64,000 bases of DNA from Ginglymostoma cirratum (GCA_024137785.1 JAHRHZ010000020.1:57712903-57776902); one strand, 5' to 3'; shown: positions 50,901 to 63,120, numbered from the stretch's first letter. Notes: generated by a model not told the origin, from the letters alone. Translations and numbers: made by a program.

Positions 50901-52849
50901 GCTGCCACTTCTGTCCATGTCATGTGAATGCGTAAACCCATCAGTGATTCCATCCCAGACCAATTGAAACCATCTCCTTCCTGTATTGCAACAAAGGTTA
51001 GAATGGGTAATCTATGGAAAATCTGCTTGAACATCCATCAGAATGAAATTCCCCTGAGAAATTCCAACTTTGTTATGGATTATCATCAGAGGTATAACTG
51101 AATGGTTACACAATCCAGGCCAGGATTTTGCTCAAACGTTACGTGGTATGATGTTATTTTAATATTTCAGACTACGTATCATCCCAGAGTGAAAATTTTG
51201 ATGGGGCTAGGGAAGAGTTGTTGAGCAAAGGGAGAATTTTTTAATCTGCTGAATTTGCTTTGAAGAAAGCAAAGGTGTCATAGGTTGTGGTAGCAATTGG
51301 GCAAGAACAAATGACTGTACTGACTAACGGATAAAAGAACAAATAAATGGATCAAAATGCCTTCTTAAGCTCCATGGCTACCATTCCTTCCTTGCCCGCA
51401 ACCCCAAGACCTCATCTTGCACGCCACAGTTACAAAATTCCTTTTTCAGACAGAAATTCCAATGATGCACTCATTAATACCATTTTTCTTTCTCGGATGC
51501 ATGTAAAAGGTAACAGCACTGTGCGCAGTTTTTACTCCGTTGACCTGGCCAATAAACCCCATAAATTTTATTTGCCGTGTACAATGGGATTATTTTGGTG
51601 TGTGGATCCTTAGCTTTTTTCTTTTCTGCAGCAGCTTAGCAATTTCCACTCTCTTGCCCTTGAGGTTGTTATACAGTTCAGAGAAGTTGTTACTAGCCAA
51701 GATTTCTCCCTTGCATTGGAATTGATTGGGCATTTATCTCATTATACGAAGAACCTTGCTCTTTTGCAGATTGACTCCATATTTCCTACAGTGACCTCCA
51801 AAATTCCAGTTTGTAAATACAAATATTAGCTCTTCTGTTTGGCCCTGAAATTTGGAAATTGGACTTAGTGGTGGTTAGCTGTTTTAGGGCATTCAATATA
51901 GTTTGTTGCTACCCGTTTGATTCCTGCATCTATTTGTGTTTAATGTTGTCGGGGCAATGCCTATAAATAGTATGGTTATCCCATGTTTTTGAAAATTGGA
52001 AACTTATTCAGAGATTGCACGAGTTACCTTGAGAGCAGATGATCTGTGGCTATGAAATCCAACTCCGATATCTAATGGGTCTAGTAGTCGTGGCTAGGCA
52101 GGGGAGATTTTTAGCACATTCTCCTTTCTGCACTGATTTCAGCTGTGGTCACCTTAATATTGACCTTGCTTTCAATCCCATCAGCTAAGCCGTTGCAAAC
52201 AGTGTCATGGTGTTGTTTTGAAGGCTCTCGGACACAACCGTAAAGATCACAGGAGATGTTAAGTTGATGGGTTTGAATATATTTTTAAAGTATTTTCTGA
52301 ATAGCAGAATTAATGGCGTCCCAAGTGTTGAGTTTACTTTGCATGCAAAAACTCAACAGGGCAGAGATGAAGTTTTCAGTGTGTGTGTGATGAAGTGCAA
52401 TCATAGAGCTGCTCCCTTCCAATTGAAATGTCAATCTTGGAGTCTTTAGAGCACAGTTTATTTGGGGTTAACTCAATACTATTTTGGGGGAATAATCCAA
52501 CTTTTCAATGTCGGCAGAGGGCAGATTCTCCACCCGAATAGTAGGTTTCTCAGGCCGTGCAACTCCGATTCTGCTTTGCAGTACCTTACAGTTGATAAGA
52601 GTTTGATAGCAAGCAAATTGTACCATCGCCCCCTAGCAAGGTAGAACCTGCTATGCAGCCCACCCTCCTCCACTACGTCCCAATCCTTCAGGTCAGCCTG
52701 CATGGGTGGCAGGGGACAGTGGAAGGAATTGAATCTGTAGCTGTTCTAAGGTGTTGGTCAAATCAAAATAGTGTTTTACAAACCCAAGTGATTTTATCAG
52801 ATACCAAATGGGTAAACCTCAACACGTCTGTCTTGTAACTGGTCCTAGA

Positions 52850-53230
52850 CATGGAGTCTCAGCAGGAGAACAATCAAATGGTTGAGTGCATGCTGGCTGT
52901 CCAGCAATCCAGCCAAATCCCATTGCCTCGATTCACCACCATACCCAGCAAGGTTCTTTTCCCTTGTTTGACAGTCCAATCTCCTTTTGAAATAATTGAT
53001 GATTTCATCCTCCATTGCCTTCAATGATGAATTCCAAATTGTTACCATTCACTGCTTAAAAGGTTCTTCCCTTCATCTGCCTATCCCTTTACACTTTTTT
53101 CCCAAAACTTTAATCTGTGAACCCTAGTTCTTGTACATCATAGGAATGCCTTTCTTTGTCTCCCTTATCCAAACCCGCCATAATCTTATGTACCTTTTAA
53201 TCATGTTTCCCCTTGATCTCCTGCTCCCGA
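52850..53230 (-). mobile_element. Old CR1 3' fragment
   Basis: Minus frame VTIWNS.LKAMEDE.INYFKRRLD, the CR1 ORF2 terminus. Confidence 0.7.
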
Positions 53231-53711
53231 GGTGAAGTTTTTTTTCTGGTTCAGAATTGTTTGTGCTGAGGAAGAATCAAGCATAGCAGGGGTTGCTGTA
53301 GTAAACATCTAATGTCTCCATCTCCCCTCCCGCACACACAGAAATAATTTACCTGTTCTACTGCCATTTGATTTTACTAGTCTCTATCTCTTAGTCCAAA
53401 ACCATGTTGTGAAGTTCCTAACTGAGCCATTGTTTGCTGCTTTAATGTGGCATACCTGATTAGCAATTAAATGTTTAAGTTGTAGTTCTGTTATCACTTT
53501 CATGGAATAACTGTAATGTCCACTACACGGTGTCTGCCATTTTTTCACAATGAGTACAGCACCATATTTTTTTAATCAGTGTTTCAAATTCCTATCAGTT
53601 GAAAGAGTGGGTGGAGAATTGCTCAGAAGTGATGAACCTTGATATTTAAGTTTGCTTGAGAGGGGAAGGCATTCACTTGAGATGTCACTAAAGGAAATAG
53701 TGCATCCTTGT

Positions 53712-54297
53712 ACACCAAGTGCTAACAGATTAATGTGCAGCAAGTTCCCCTGGTCATTCCATGTGTCTCTCTGATCACTGCCAAACACTGAAACTCCGGC
53801 AGTCTCCTGCCTCAATTTCCTGTCAGTGGTGCTCTGAACGTTGCAGCTCATGTAGTATCAGTGCAGATACTGCAAGCTGTGTGTTTTTCTGCTCACATTG
53901 GAAATGCCTTGCTGCAAGTGTACTCTGATTTTTAATGATCTGTTGAGCATGCCAGCACATTACCAGTGACACTATCATGCAAAGTGCTTCATTTACAATT
54001 GGTTTGATTCCAATCAGCCTTGGCGCAATCCTTTTTCATTTGTATTAATGTGCTTTACAGTTCTCTGGTTCTTTTATTCAAGTGTGGGACAAGTGTTCAC
54101 CATTGTCTTCCGGCACGGTCTTTGAAAAACACAGCTTGCAGTATCTGCACTGATACTACATGAGCTGCAATGTTCAGAGTACCACTGACATGAAACTGAG
54201 GCAGGAGACTGCTGGAGTTTGTGTTTGGCAGTGATCAGAGAGACACATGGAATGACCTGGGGAACTTGCTGCACATTAATCTGTTAGCACTTGGTGT
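53712..54297. repeat. Inverted duplication, arms 53712-53889 and 54124-54297, 234-bp spacer
   Basis: The arms are reverse complements with 6 substitutions and two 2-nt indels by manual alignment. Confidence 0.95.
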
Positions 54298-55487
54298 TCT
54301 TTTCTCTTCCACTAGAGTTGAATTTTGTACGTGCTGAATGTACCCCCAGTATCTGACGCAAAACAGGAAATGTTGAAGCTCAGTGGGTCTGGCAGCACTA
54401 ATGAGGGTGGGAGAGAGACGAAGTTTTTTGAATCCAAAGCTGCCACTTCTGATTTCCTCGACTGCACCCTCTCATCTATCTTTGCTGTAGTGTCCTCCTA
54501 AAATCATTAATTGTCTCTCAGCTCAGCTGTTTACTCCTCCTACAGCCCTCATCTCTGCACCCTTGAGGGCAAGTGGCATGTATTACAAACGGTCGTGGAA
54601 GACAAGTGCTTTAGTCATATTATCAGATCTGTCTGAACCACATAAACTAGTATTGGGCTGTCCACTAAAATTGTACCCTATTCCAGAGAGAACCTGGAAT
54701 TCCAGGTTCTGTTTGGACTGTAAACTGCCATCTTAATATCCTCTTTCCCCTTTATTTCCACATTCCTCTCCAACAAGAAACGTTAGGAACTCATCAATTT
54801 CTTTGCCACTAACATTAAGACTGTCTGATCAGTTGCTTCTCCGTCTTTCCAATGCTTATTCTGTTAATTGAGAAATTGACAGCAATGTTTCCCTATTTTA
54901 ATTATTCTAAACTGGGACAACTAATGGTTCACATGAATGAAAGGAATAGCCAGAGTGTCTCTATAAACGCATAAAGCTCTGTTTGCCAGGCTTCTTAAGT
55001 GAATTCAGGAACAACTCCTCGTTCCACTGAGTTAAGATCTTAAGCTCAGTATTGTTCTTTGGTTTTTCTACCAGCCAATCTATGGCTTGAAATCTCGAGT
55101 TCAGTGTTTGCAATGTAGCTTCTCATCAATGAGCTTCTAGTTTTTAAAAAAAAAGGACTCTAATAAAATTTCCTCCTCTATTATTTAATTGCGCTGCCCC
55201 TAGGATTTTAGTGGAGTATAATGGATGCATAACATTTTCCTACTCTATTAACCTGAACTGTATAAACAACATTTAGATTGTAAATTGTAATTCAGATTTC
55301 TGTTGTGTAGTCATAGTGGAGTATGATCCTACTAGGGACATAGCGTAACACTGGGATACAGTACTAGTGGGGACAGGGCTGTCACTGTACAACACAGGTA
55401 CAGTACTAGTGGAAACTGAAGTGTACTGTCTATTATTTACCAGTACATTAAACCTGGAGATATCAGTTGAAGAACATGACATACTTA

Positions 55488-55770
55488 CATAAAAACATAA
55501 GAACTAGGAGTAGGCCATCCAGCCCCTCGAGCCTGCCCTGCCATTTAATAAGATCATGGCTGATCTTTTTGAGACTCAGCTCCACTTACCCGCCCACTCA
55601 TCATAACCCTTAATTCCTTTACTGTTCAAAAATTTACCTGGCCTTGCCTTAAAAACATTCAGCGAGGTAGCTTCAACCGCTTCACTGGGTAGGGAATTCC
55701 ACAGATTCACAACCCTTTGGGTGAGGAAGTTCCTCCTGACCTCAGTCCTACATCTGCTTCCCTTTTATTT
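55488..55770 (-). mobile_element. CR1 3' end, relatively young
   Basis: acataagaactaggagtaggccatccagcccctcgagcctgccctgccatttaataagatcatggctgatc...gggaattccacagattcacaaccctttgggtgaggaagttcctcc. Confidence 0.85.
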
Positions 55771-56285
55771 TGAGGGAATTTTCCCTTGTATCAGTGACGA
55801 GCAAAACTGTGTGACTACAGAATATGAAGAGTCGATTGTTATTGTAAAGCCATCCCCAATGTGGATAAAGAGTAAATATTGGGAAACTGCTTTGAGTTGT
55901 CGAGCACATTTCTCACCATTTTCCTCAAAGCAATTTGCAATCAGTCATTTCTTTTTCAAGTTCGCTGACTGTGAAATGTTGGAAAGTGCAGAAGCCACAA
56001 AAAGGTCTATTTAGTATTTCAGTAGATGACCAGACACTCCTGTTTTATGGTTTTATTTAACAGATTAATATTGCCAAATACACCAAAGCGTGCGATTAGA
56101 TCCTTGATCACTTTTCTATTGAATTCCTTCTCATTAGCGATCAGCAGAAGTGGGCCGAGTTTCCATTTGTGTGACCGTTCTTCCCAGCTCAATATCTCTG
56201 GTTTCATTATCGGTTCAGGGTTGTTGCCGTACTGATTTGGATCCTTCTTGAGTTCTGACTGCTTGAAAGCAAACCAGACGCCTTT

Positions 56286-56410
56286 TAGAGTCATAGAGCT
56301 GTACAGCATGGAAACAGACCCTTCGGTCCAACTCGTCCACACTGACTAGATATCCTATATTAATCTAGTCCCATTTACCAGCACTTGATCCGTATTCCTC
56401 TAAATCCCGT
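56286..56410 (-). mobile_element. HER1/CR1-like 3' end
   Basis: agagtcatagagctgtacagcatggaaacagacccttcggtcc, the reverse complement of the tail at 590-630. Confidence 0.8.
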
Positions 56411-57072
56411 CTATTTGTTTGGCTGTCCATGGTACCAGGGTCCCTCAGATCTCCCAAGCTGTCAAGAATCAACTCGCTTGACACATGCTTAGACCCAGCC
56501 TGGTGCTATGCAGCCTGTGTTCTGTAACCCTGACCCACCACCACCTCACACTCGAGCTTTAAAAAGAGACGGACCAGAACACTCCTCTTCCCTCCAAATT
56601 TGGAATCGTTAAGCGTTCATCTTCATCTTCCTTGCCCATCAGGTGTTCCTCAGAAACTGCTTAGTATCACAAATTGATGTTCTCATCCTCATTCTAATTT
56701 CTTGATCCTTCCTGAACCACCTCAATTCACTGATATTCTACACTCCCCTTCCAATTTGGTATTTGTTACATTGATTGTTTTCAAAGGTGCTACTTTTTTT
56801 GTTAAAAAAATTAACTTCCTGTTTTTAAGTTGTTTGAACCATCCTCTATCCCTTTTAGTTGCTTCATTCCTTTTCATATTCTATCGTGCAGCTGTAGTCA
56901 AGGATTATGCCGTAACTACTTTTATGACTTCAATCATTGGTGTGGGCAATGGGCAGCAAGGGTTTGTCCACTTTGATGAAAACTGGATTAAAATTCCAAA
57001 CTCTCTTGAGACACTCTAGATGTTGGGACTGTTTCAGAGCAAAGTAGTGAGATTTCATGAAGTGGTTTAGAA

Positions 57073-57161
57073 CTGGGATAGCTCTGCATTGGGGGTCACT
57101 TCATTCATCAGGAGCACAATTTCTTGAAACTCTGCCTGCCGCTTCAAGTAACCTGTAGGTT
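57073..57161 (+). repeat. 89-bp direct copy of CNOT4 3' UTR segment 58496-58584, inserted in a decayed CR1
   Basis: 88/89 identical by manual comparison. Confidence 0.95.
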
Positions 57162-57481
57162 TGAATAAAGGAAGAGACACTGTTCTTACTGTCAGAAGAG
57201 TTGGTGGCCAGAGGAGATGCTGTTTAAACAACTGGCAAAGAAGCTGTGGGAATGTCTTTTTTTTTTAAAGTAACGCGTCATATATGGATGGCTCTTCAAG
57301 CGAACATCCATTTCTCTGCCATTTTTGAAGGACTTGTTTTTAGGACAAATGACAGACTTGCAGAGCTGTGAAGGGATATGATGGTTGAAATGGCCTCTGA
57401 GAATTATATTTCACTAAAAACTGTGTTATTAAGCATTCAGGTGTTCCAACAGTACCAACATGTTGTCTGCTCTCTCCACAG

Positions 57482-57777
57482 GTGTCCCAGCATCTACGGG
57501 GAACAGTTTAGATACTCTGCAGGACGAAAACCCTCCACATTGGCTGAAGTCGCTTCAGACACTGACAGAAATGGACGGCCCCACAGCAGCACAGACAGGG
57601 CACAGTAACCCCTTCAACACACAGATTCCCTTACACAGAGCTGGCTGGACCCCTTACCCTCCACCCTCCAACCCAGGCAATTTCCACTCTCCACCTCCAG
57701 GCTTCCAGAGCACCTTCAGACCCCCCAACAAAACCCCCACAGATCTTCTACAGAGCTCTACATTGGATCGTCACTAA
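57482..57777 (+). CDS. CNOT4: CNOT4 last coding exon to stop codon
   Basis: Acceptor ctctctccacag|GTGTC. It translates as GVPASTGNSLDTLQDENPPHWLKSLQTLTEMDGP...QIPLHRAGWTPYPPPSNPGNFHSPPPGFQSTFRPPNKTPTDLLQSSTLDRH*, the recognisable CNOT4 long-isoform C-terminus, with TAA at 57775-57777. It contains a PPPGF (GYF-domain ligand-type) motif. Confidence 0.96.
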
Positions 57778-58705
57778 GGAAAACTGAATTACTCCCTCCT
57801 TCTCTCTTCTTCTGTCTTTCTCTTTCTTTTTCCTCTCTCCCTCAGTACAAACAATCTCAGTTCCTGATCAGTGCCAGATGCAATGCAATCGCAGCATTAT
57901 GTTAGAATTACCGGGAGATTTTTCTGCTCACCAGTCTTTTGACAGCATGCTGCGCCCCCCCCTTGGGTGGGCTATAGTGCCTCCTGCTGACCAGTGTCTG
58001 ATCTACAAGCGCTGCCTAAAATAATAGAATTTCACAGCATCAAACAAAGCCATTTGGCCTATTGTGCCTGTACCTTTTGCAATATAAAATTATGCCTCAC
58101 ATTGCAGTCAAATTCACCAAAAGTGGTTGTGTGTGAAAATTTCACAGTAACGTACAGGAGAGCTGGTATCCAAGTTTATCTTTAATGCATAATTAAGAGT
58201 TTGACTTCGTGGTCAGCAGGAGTATGGCATGCTGGGTAAGCATTTTGATTCGTGGTAATAAATGGGCATGTAGCTGAGGAGTGGATGAGTTGACTAAAAC
58301 GATTTGATTTTTTAATTTTGACTTTAGCTTAAATAATACAAGAAATATGTTTTAAAAAGCATTCACAAATTTAATACCTAGACAACAATAAAAGAACTGC
58401 TGAACACAGAGTGGTATATACTCATTTCTTTATCTGTCTTTCTCTGTGTCTGTCTGTCTCTCTCTTGGCATTTAAAATTCACTGGAATGGGAGCTCTGGG
58501 ATAGCACTGCATTGGGGGTCACTTCATTCATCAGGAGCACAATTTCTTGAAACTCTGCCTGCCGCTTCAAGTAACCTGTAGGTTCTGGACATCGTGCAGT
58601 ATTTGAAGAGAGTGTGGTTAACCTCGACGCTAAAACTAAAAAAATTGTACCTCTTCAGATTCGAAACTAAATCTTAAATAATAAAAAGAAAATACTTGAC
58701 CCTGC
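57778..58705 (+). other. CNOT4: CNOT4 3' UTR (approximate end)
   Basis: Repeat-poor stretch after the stop codon, with AATAAA at 58257, 58387 and 58680. The last is followed by a GU/U-rich element. Confidence 0.65.
58680..58685 (+). terminator. Polyadenylation signal AATAAA, probable main CNOT4 3' end
   Basis: AATAAA followed about 20-50 nt later by tgctgtgttttgtctacctgtgtgtctgttctttc, a GU-rich downstream element. Confidence 0.6.
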
Positions 58706-59169
58706 TGTGTTTTGTCTACCTGTGTGTCTGTTCTTTCATTCACCTGCGTTCAACACTCACAAGCCAGTGTAGCCTTGTCAGGAGGTCTATGATCTTGTTT
58801 CTTGGACATCAGACACGTTATACAGATTTTGAGCAGGGGACCAGGATGAACAACTCATGTAGTTGCCCACGCTATTGAAAAACCGCTTGTACACACTGGT
58901 CAATGCCTGAGGGGACATGTGGAAATGGAACTACCCACTCTTTTTTTTTCTCCCCCCACCAAAAAATTTCAACTCATTCTTCTGATTTCCACCCTGCATA
59001 TAGCAGAACTGTAGAGATTCCCACTCACTAATGGTAAGCCATTAGTGATTAGGATTTCTTCAATAATTCAAGCCCCCCAGTGATGTTGTGCAAATATCAG
59101 TCCAGCTCCTGAAGAGTCCCTATAAATAAACATATGAACCAGTTTCAGAGATCTCACTGTAAATCTTAT

Positions 59170-59485
59170 TGTTTCCTTATTCTTTCTTGGAAAATGGATG
59201 TCACTGGCAAGGCCAGGATTTGTCACCTGTCTATAATTTCCCCAAAAAACACACTGACTTTGTATGTAGTTTGAGCATAGTTGACACCGGTTTTTGCCAC
59301 TGCTGTGGAGTCTGGCAAGCACAGTAGATTCTCTTCCCTGGAGAAACAAATCAATTTTAAACAGCATGTTCTGTGGTCACCATTACAGGTTTCAATACTA
59401 ATTCCACCAGCTGTGATGGTATTTGAGACTATGCCCTATCTTTGCCTAGATTTCTAGTCCAATAACTGCTGTAGCAGCACCATTC
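59170..59485 (-). mobile_element. tRNA-derived SINE (same family as 62005-62310), decayed
   Basis: ggatgtcactggcaaggccagg (tail on minus) ... ccaccagctgtgatggtatttga (head on minus). Confidence 0.5.
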
Positions 59486-60806
59486 TGATTCCTGCCCCCA
59501 CAAACAAAATCTTTTTGTAAATATTAATCCAGTTTCCCAGTGCACTTTATGGTTTGTAAAATCAGCTTGAGGATCACTTGTAAGTATTAACCTAGCTGCC
59601 ACCTCCATCTTGTGAATCTAGCCCTTCTGAAAGGATCCACAGAAAATAGTGAAAGCTTCCTGAGGAGCCTTTGCCATTGTTACTGTTTGTTCCATATGAT
59701 GGACTTGCATTTCCCAAAATAACAACTTTAAATCTCTGAATGAAACAGAGAAAGGGTCCTCCAAATCAAGGTTCTGACTCACATCAAAGGTTTATCATTA
59801 TCAATGTTGAGTACTGGAAATGACGTGTTTGGTCCCAGAAGGAATGTAAGCTAACCTTCAAACAGAGGGGACCAGAGGTAAGCTGTTATCATGAGTAGCT
59901 GTCCCATTACTGTTGACGAAGAGAGATTGAGACAGCATTGATGGCCAGCCAGCACCTTCCCCCTTCATCCCCGAATGAGGTATATTAACAAGACAGCAGG
60001 GAGGAAGGGGTGAGAAGATCTGTGGAGGTGAGCTGCACCATTTCCCTGGGAGAAGACTAGGATTTCCCCTACATCAGCCTGAGAAAAGAGCAAAGGCTGT
60101 TGGTACCAAGACCATCACAAGAAGACATCGGACCCTGGGATGTGGGAGTGCACTGTGTCTATTCCTCCATTCTATAGAATATCTCTGGAAGTGGTATAGT
60201 ATTCTCATCTGTCATTGATTGTGTAAATCTAAACTGATGCTTGTCAATAAACTATCAGAAACTGCAATAAATCGTCAACTGCCTATGAGGTAAATGTGAT
60301 CATAAATGGAATAAAATCAACACATTAACCACCATATCTGAAGGCAGAAATTTTTCTTCTAGTGTACATAATCAAGGGAGCTGAAATCTTGCAGTCAGCT
60401 TGTTATATTTCCCCCAAGAAGAATTGATCTTTCTCCTTGGCATCTTGTAATATTTAGAGACTTGCAGACTGCTGCACTCTGATTGTAATATGAGTTTCCA
60501 TGCTGCTGATGCAGCTCCAAATGGCCTTTATCACGGCACTCCATGACCTGGAAACTCGGTCAGTCCTGGCTCCACAAATAGGCTTCCTTCTGACATCCAG
60601 TGCTTTCTGTTGGCTAACATTCTAGTCTTCTTCATCTTTAGAAGGTCCTCTTGTACTGTTCTACACACTGTAGCTGACGGATTTGTCTTTTTTTTTAAAA
60701 CTTGCGTTTGCTAGCGTAATATTTTCTGGGGTTTTGTTTTTGCAGTTCAGTGCTTCTGTGGGCCTTGTATTCCTCTTTCCGCAGTGCTGTTTTGCTGCTG
60801 TGCTGC

Positions 60807-61162
60807 TAGAATTGTAGAATTCCTGCAGTGCAGAGTGAGACCAGTCAGCTGTCCATTCTGCCCTGACCCACCAAAGGGCACCCCACCCCTGTAACCCTGA
60901 ACAGGGTTTTCAACCATGGCTAACCCGATCCAACCTGCACATCCCCCAGCACTACAGGGCAGTTTTTGCCACAGCCAATCCACCCAGCCTGCACATCCCT
61001 GAACACTATGGACAATTTAACATTGCCATTCTACTGAATGTGCACATCTTTAGACTATGGGGAGAAGCCAGAAAGAACATTCAAGTTCCACAGTTTCCTG
61101 AGGCTGGGATTGAACCAGGTTCCCTGGCACTGTAAGGCAACAGTGCTAACCACTGTGCTACC
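60807..61162 (-). mobile_element. HE1-like V-SINE with internal tandem repeat
   Basis: tRNA head on minus (gggtagcacagtggttagcactgttgcc...ggttcaatccc), three ~45-bp units ending ...tgcacatc, LINE-type tail tctacaattcta. Confidence 0.8.
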
Positions 61163-62004
61163 CTTAATCCTCTTCATGAATTTCCCTCAGCTCTGTGCTC
61201 AGATCGCTGTGGTACTGTACTGTAACTGGTCGTCACCTGCTATTTGCCTGCAAATCTGGGGATCCATTGGCTGTTGCCCTCATGTACGAAGGTGAAGTCC
61301 ACATTCAGATGAGTGAACATTGCTAGGCATTACGGTACATAACTATATGAAAGGGAAAGTAAAAGAGGACATCTGGCACTCCACATCTCTGGGTAGGGGG
61401 TGAGATGTTGCAGGAGTGGCTGTAATTCCATGTGATCTGACAACACGAAGATGGTGGATCATTGTATACATATGCTAGGATAGCTATGTTTACAGTAAAG
61501 ATATAACTGACCGTTTCCACCAGAGTTACAGAGATAACCAGGTACAGGCAAGCAGAGCTAATGTGTTTATATACTGTCACAGAAACATTCAGTTAACAGT
61601 CTTAAGTTAAGTGAGCACTCATTTGCTCACTCTGCTTGGCAAGAACACTTCAGTCTGGTTTAGAATTGAGCTGAAACCAACTGGAAGTTGGTTCCATGCC
61701 GTTAACTCCTGAACAAAGGAGTGACCATGGCTGCAATAAATTAGAAATATATTGATGCATGAGAATATCAGTGCTGAAGGTATGTGACTGAACTAGAAAT
61801 GCTGGGCCCTGTGTTAATAATGAAGTAGGATATCAGTGCAAACCACCTGAATACAGCTAGAGAACTTTGGCACAAGTGCTTCAATGTAAACAATGTGGGA
61901 GGGAGATGCTAGACTCATTATCCTCTGTCTACATCAAAACCTTCCCAGGACATGTACAGTACAGGATTAAATACAGAATAAAGTTTCCGCTACACTGTCC
62001 CCAT

Positions 62005-62310
62005 CAAGGGACCCATGTTCAAATTCCATCAAGGTAGCCAGAGTGCTTGCATTCAGTTATTAACATCTGGAATGGAAAGTTAGTCTCAGTGATGATGACC
62101 ATAGAATTATCATTGATTCCACGTTTAAAATAAAAGTCCATCTGCTTCACTGATGGCCTTTAAGGTAGGAAATCTGCCATCCTTCCTGGTCTGGCCTAAG
62201 TATGACTCCAGACCCACAGCAATGTGGTTGACTCTTAACTAGGCTCTGAAATAGACAAGCAAGCCTCTCAGTACAATTAGGGATGGGCGACAATTGCTGG
62301 TCTAACTAAC
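62005..62310 (+). mobile_element. tRNA-derived SINE sharing body and tail with the LINE at 13583-16510
   Basis: gttcaaattcc B box; ggtctggcctaagtatgactccagacccacagcaatgtggttgactcttaact; tail caattagggatgggcgacaattgctgg. Confidence 0.75.
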
Positions 62311-62729
62311 AATGTCCATTTTTTGTACATGGGTAAAACCGTTAAGAGCCTTCTCCTGTGTGAGATTCCTAATTCTTGCCAAATCATGAGCAGCTGTGTG
62401 ATGTGTTGTATTGCCACCTGATCTAAACCAAGTAACCAAAAAAAGATAGACATTCACATTGGAATCTGACCCCACCTCTGGGAGCAACAGACTATGATGA
62501 ATTGTAGTCAATATTACTCTGTACTCAACAAAGTCCAATCCTCATGAGATGTCAGTCTAGTTCATGTGGTCAAGTTCTGAAGGAGAGATTGATGCCCCAG
62601 TCTCCTGGCTCAGACAAAATGCCTCTGATGCAGTTCCTGTTTGTAATTTGCTTCCAACCTTTCTCACGTTTGGAATGGATTGTAGTCTTAATAAGAATGG
62701 TTAAAACCAACTTTGACCAACTGTGGTTC

Positions 62730-63120
62730 AATTGGCCAGAGAAAGCAGTGGCTCCAAGTCCCACTGTCGGCACTGGGCTCAAAGAAGTCAAAGCCGATGA
62801 CCAGCTAAAATACTAATGGAGTGCTGCAGTGTTGATGATGCTGCGTTTTCTATTGAAATGATATACTGGGGCCTGGTCCTCCCTCTCAAGTGGGTGAAAA
62901 AGCATCAATATTCAATGTGTTAAAGAGAAAAAGGGGAGATATCCCGATATCCTGGCCAATGCTAATTCCTGAATCAACATTTGGAAATGTTTTATTACCA
63001 TTTCCTATTATTGTTTATTAGAGCTTGCTGTGTTATCATTTCATACATTGCAACAGTAACTGTATTTCAAAACTGCTTAATTGACTGTAAAGTTCTCTGG
63101 AGCACCCTGTGCTTATAAAA
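62730..63120 (+). mobile_element. DeuSINE (SacSINE1/AmnSINE1-like)
   Basis: Deu-domain-like ggagtgctgcagtgttg...ccctctcaagtgggtgaaaaag...aggggagat...tcctggccaat...gagcttgctgtg...acattgcaacagtaactgtatttcaaaa...ttgactgtaaag. Confidence 0.75.

Noticed and set aside
57431-57481. Upstream acceptor ttcag|gtgttccaac resembling the true exon start
   Set aside because: Poor pyrimidine tract, 41-nt frameshifting extension, and similarity too short to call a duplication.
59930-60320. Cluster of AATAAA (60246, 60267, ~60310) after GC-richer sequence
   Set aside because: It could be a distal poly(A) site, but no exon structure or ORF supports it and it lies past a SINE relic.
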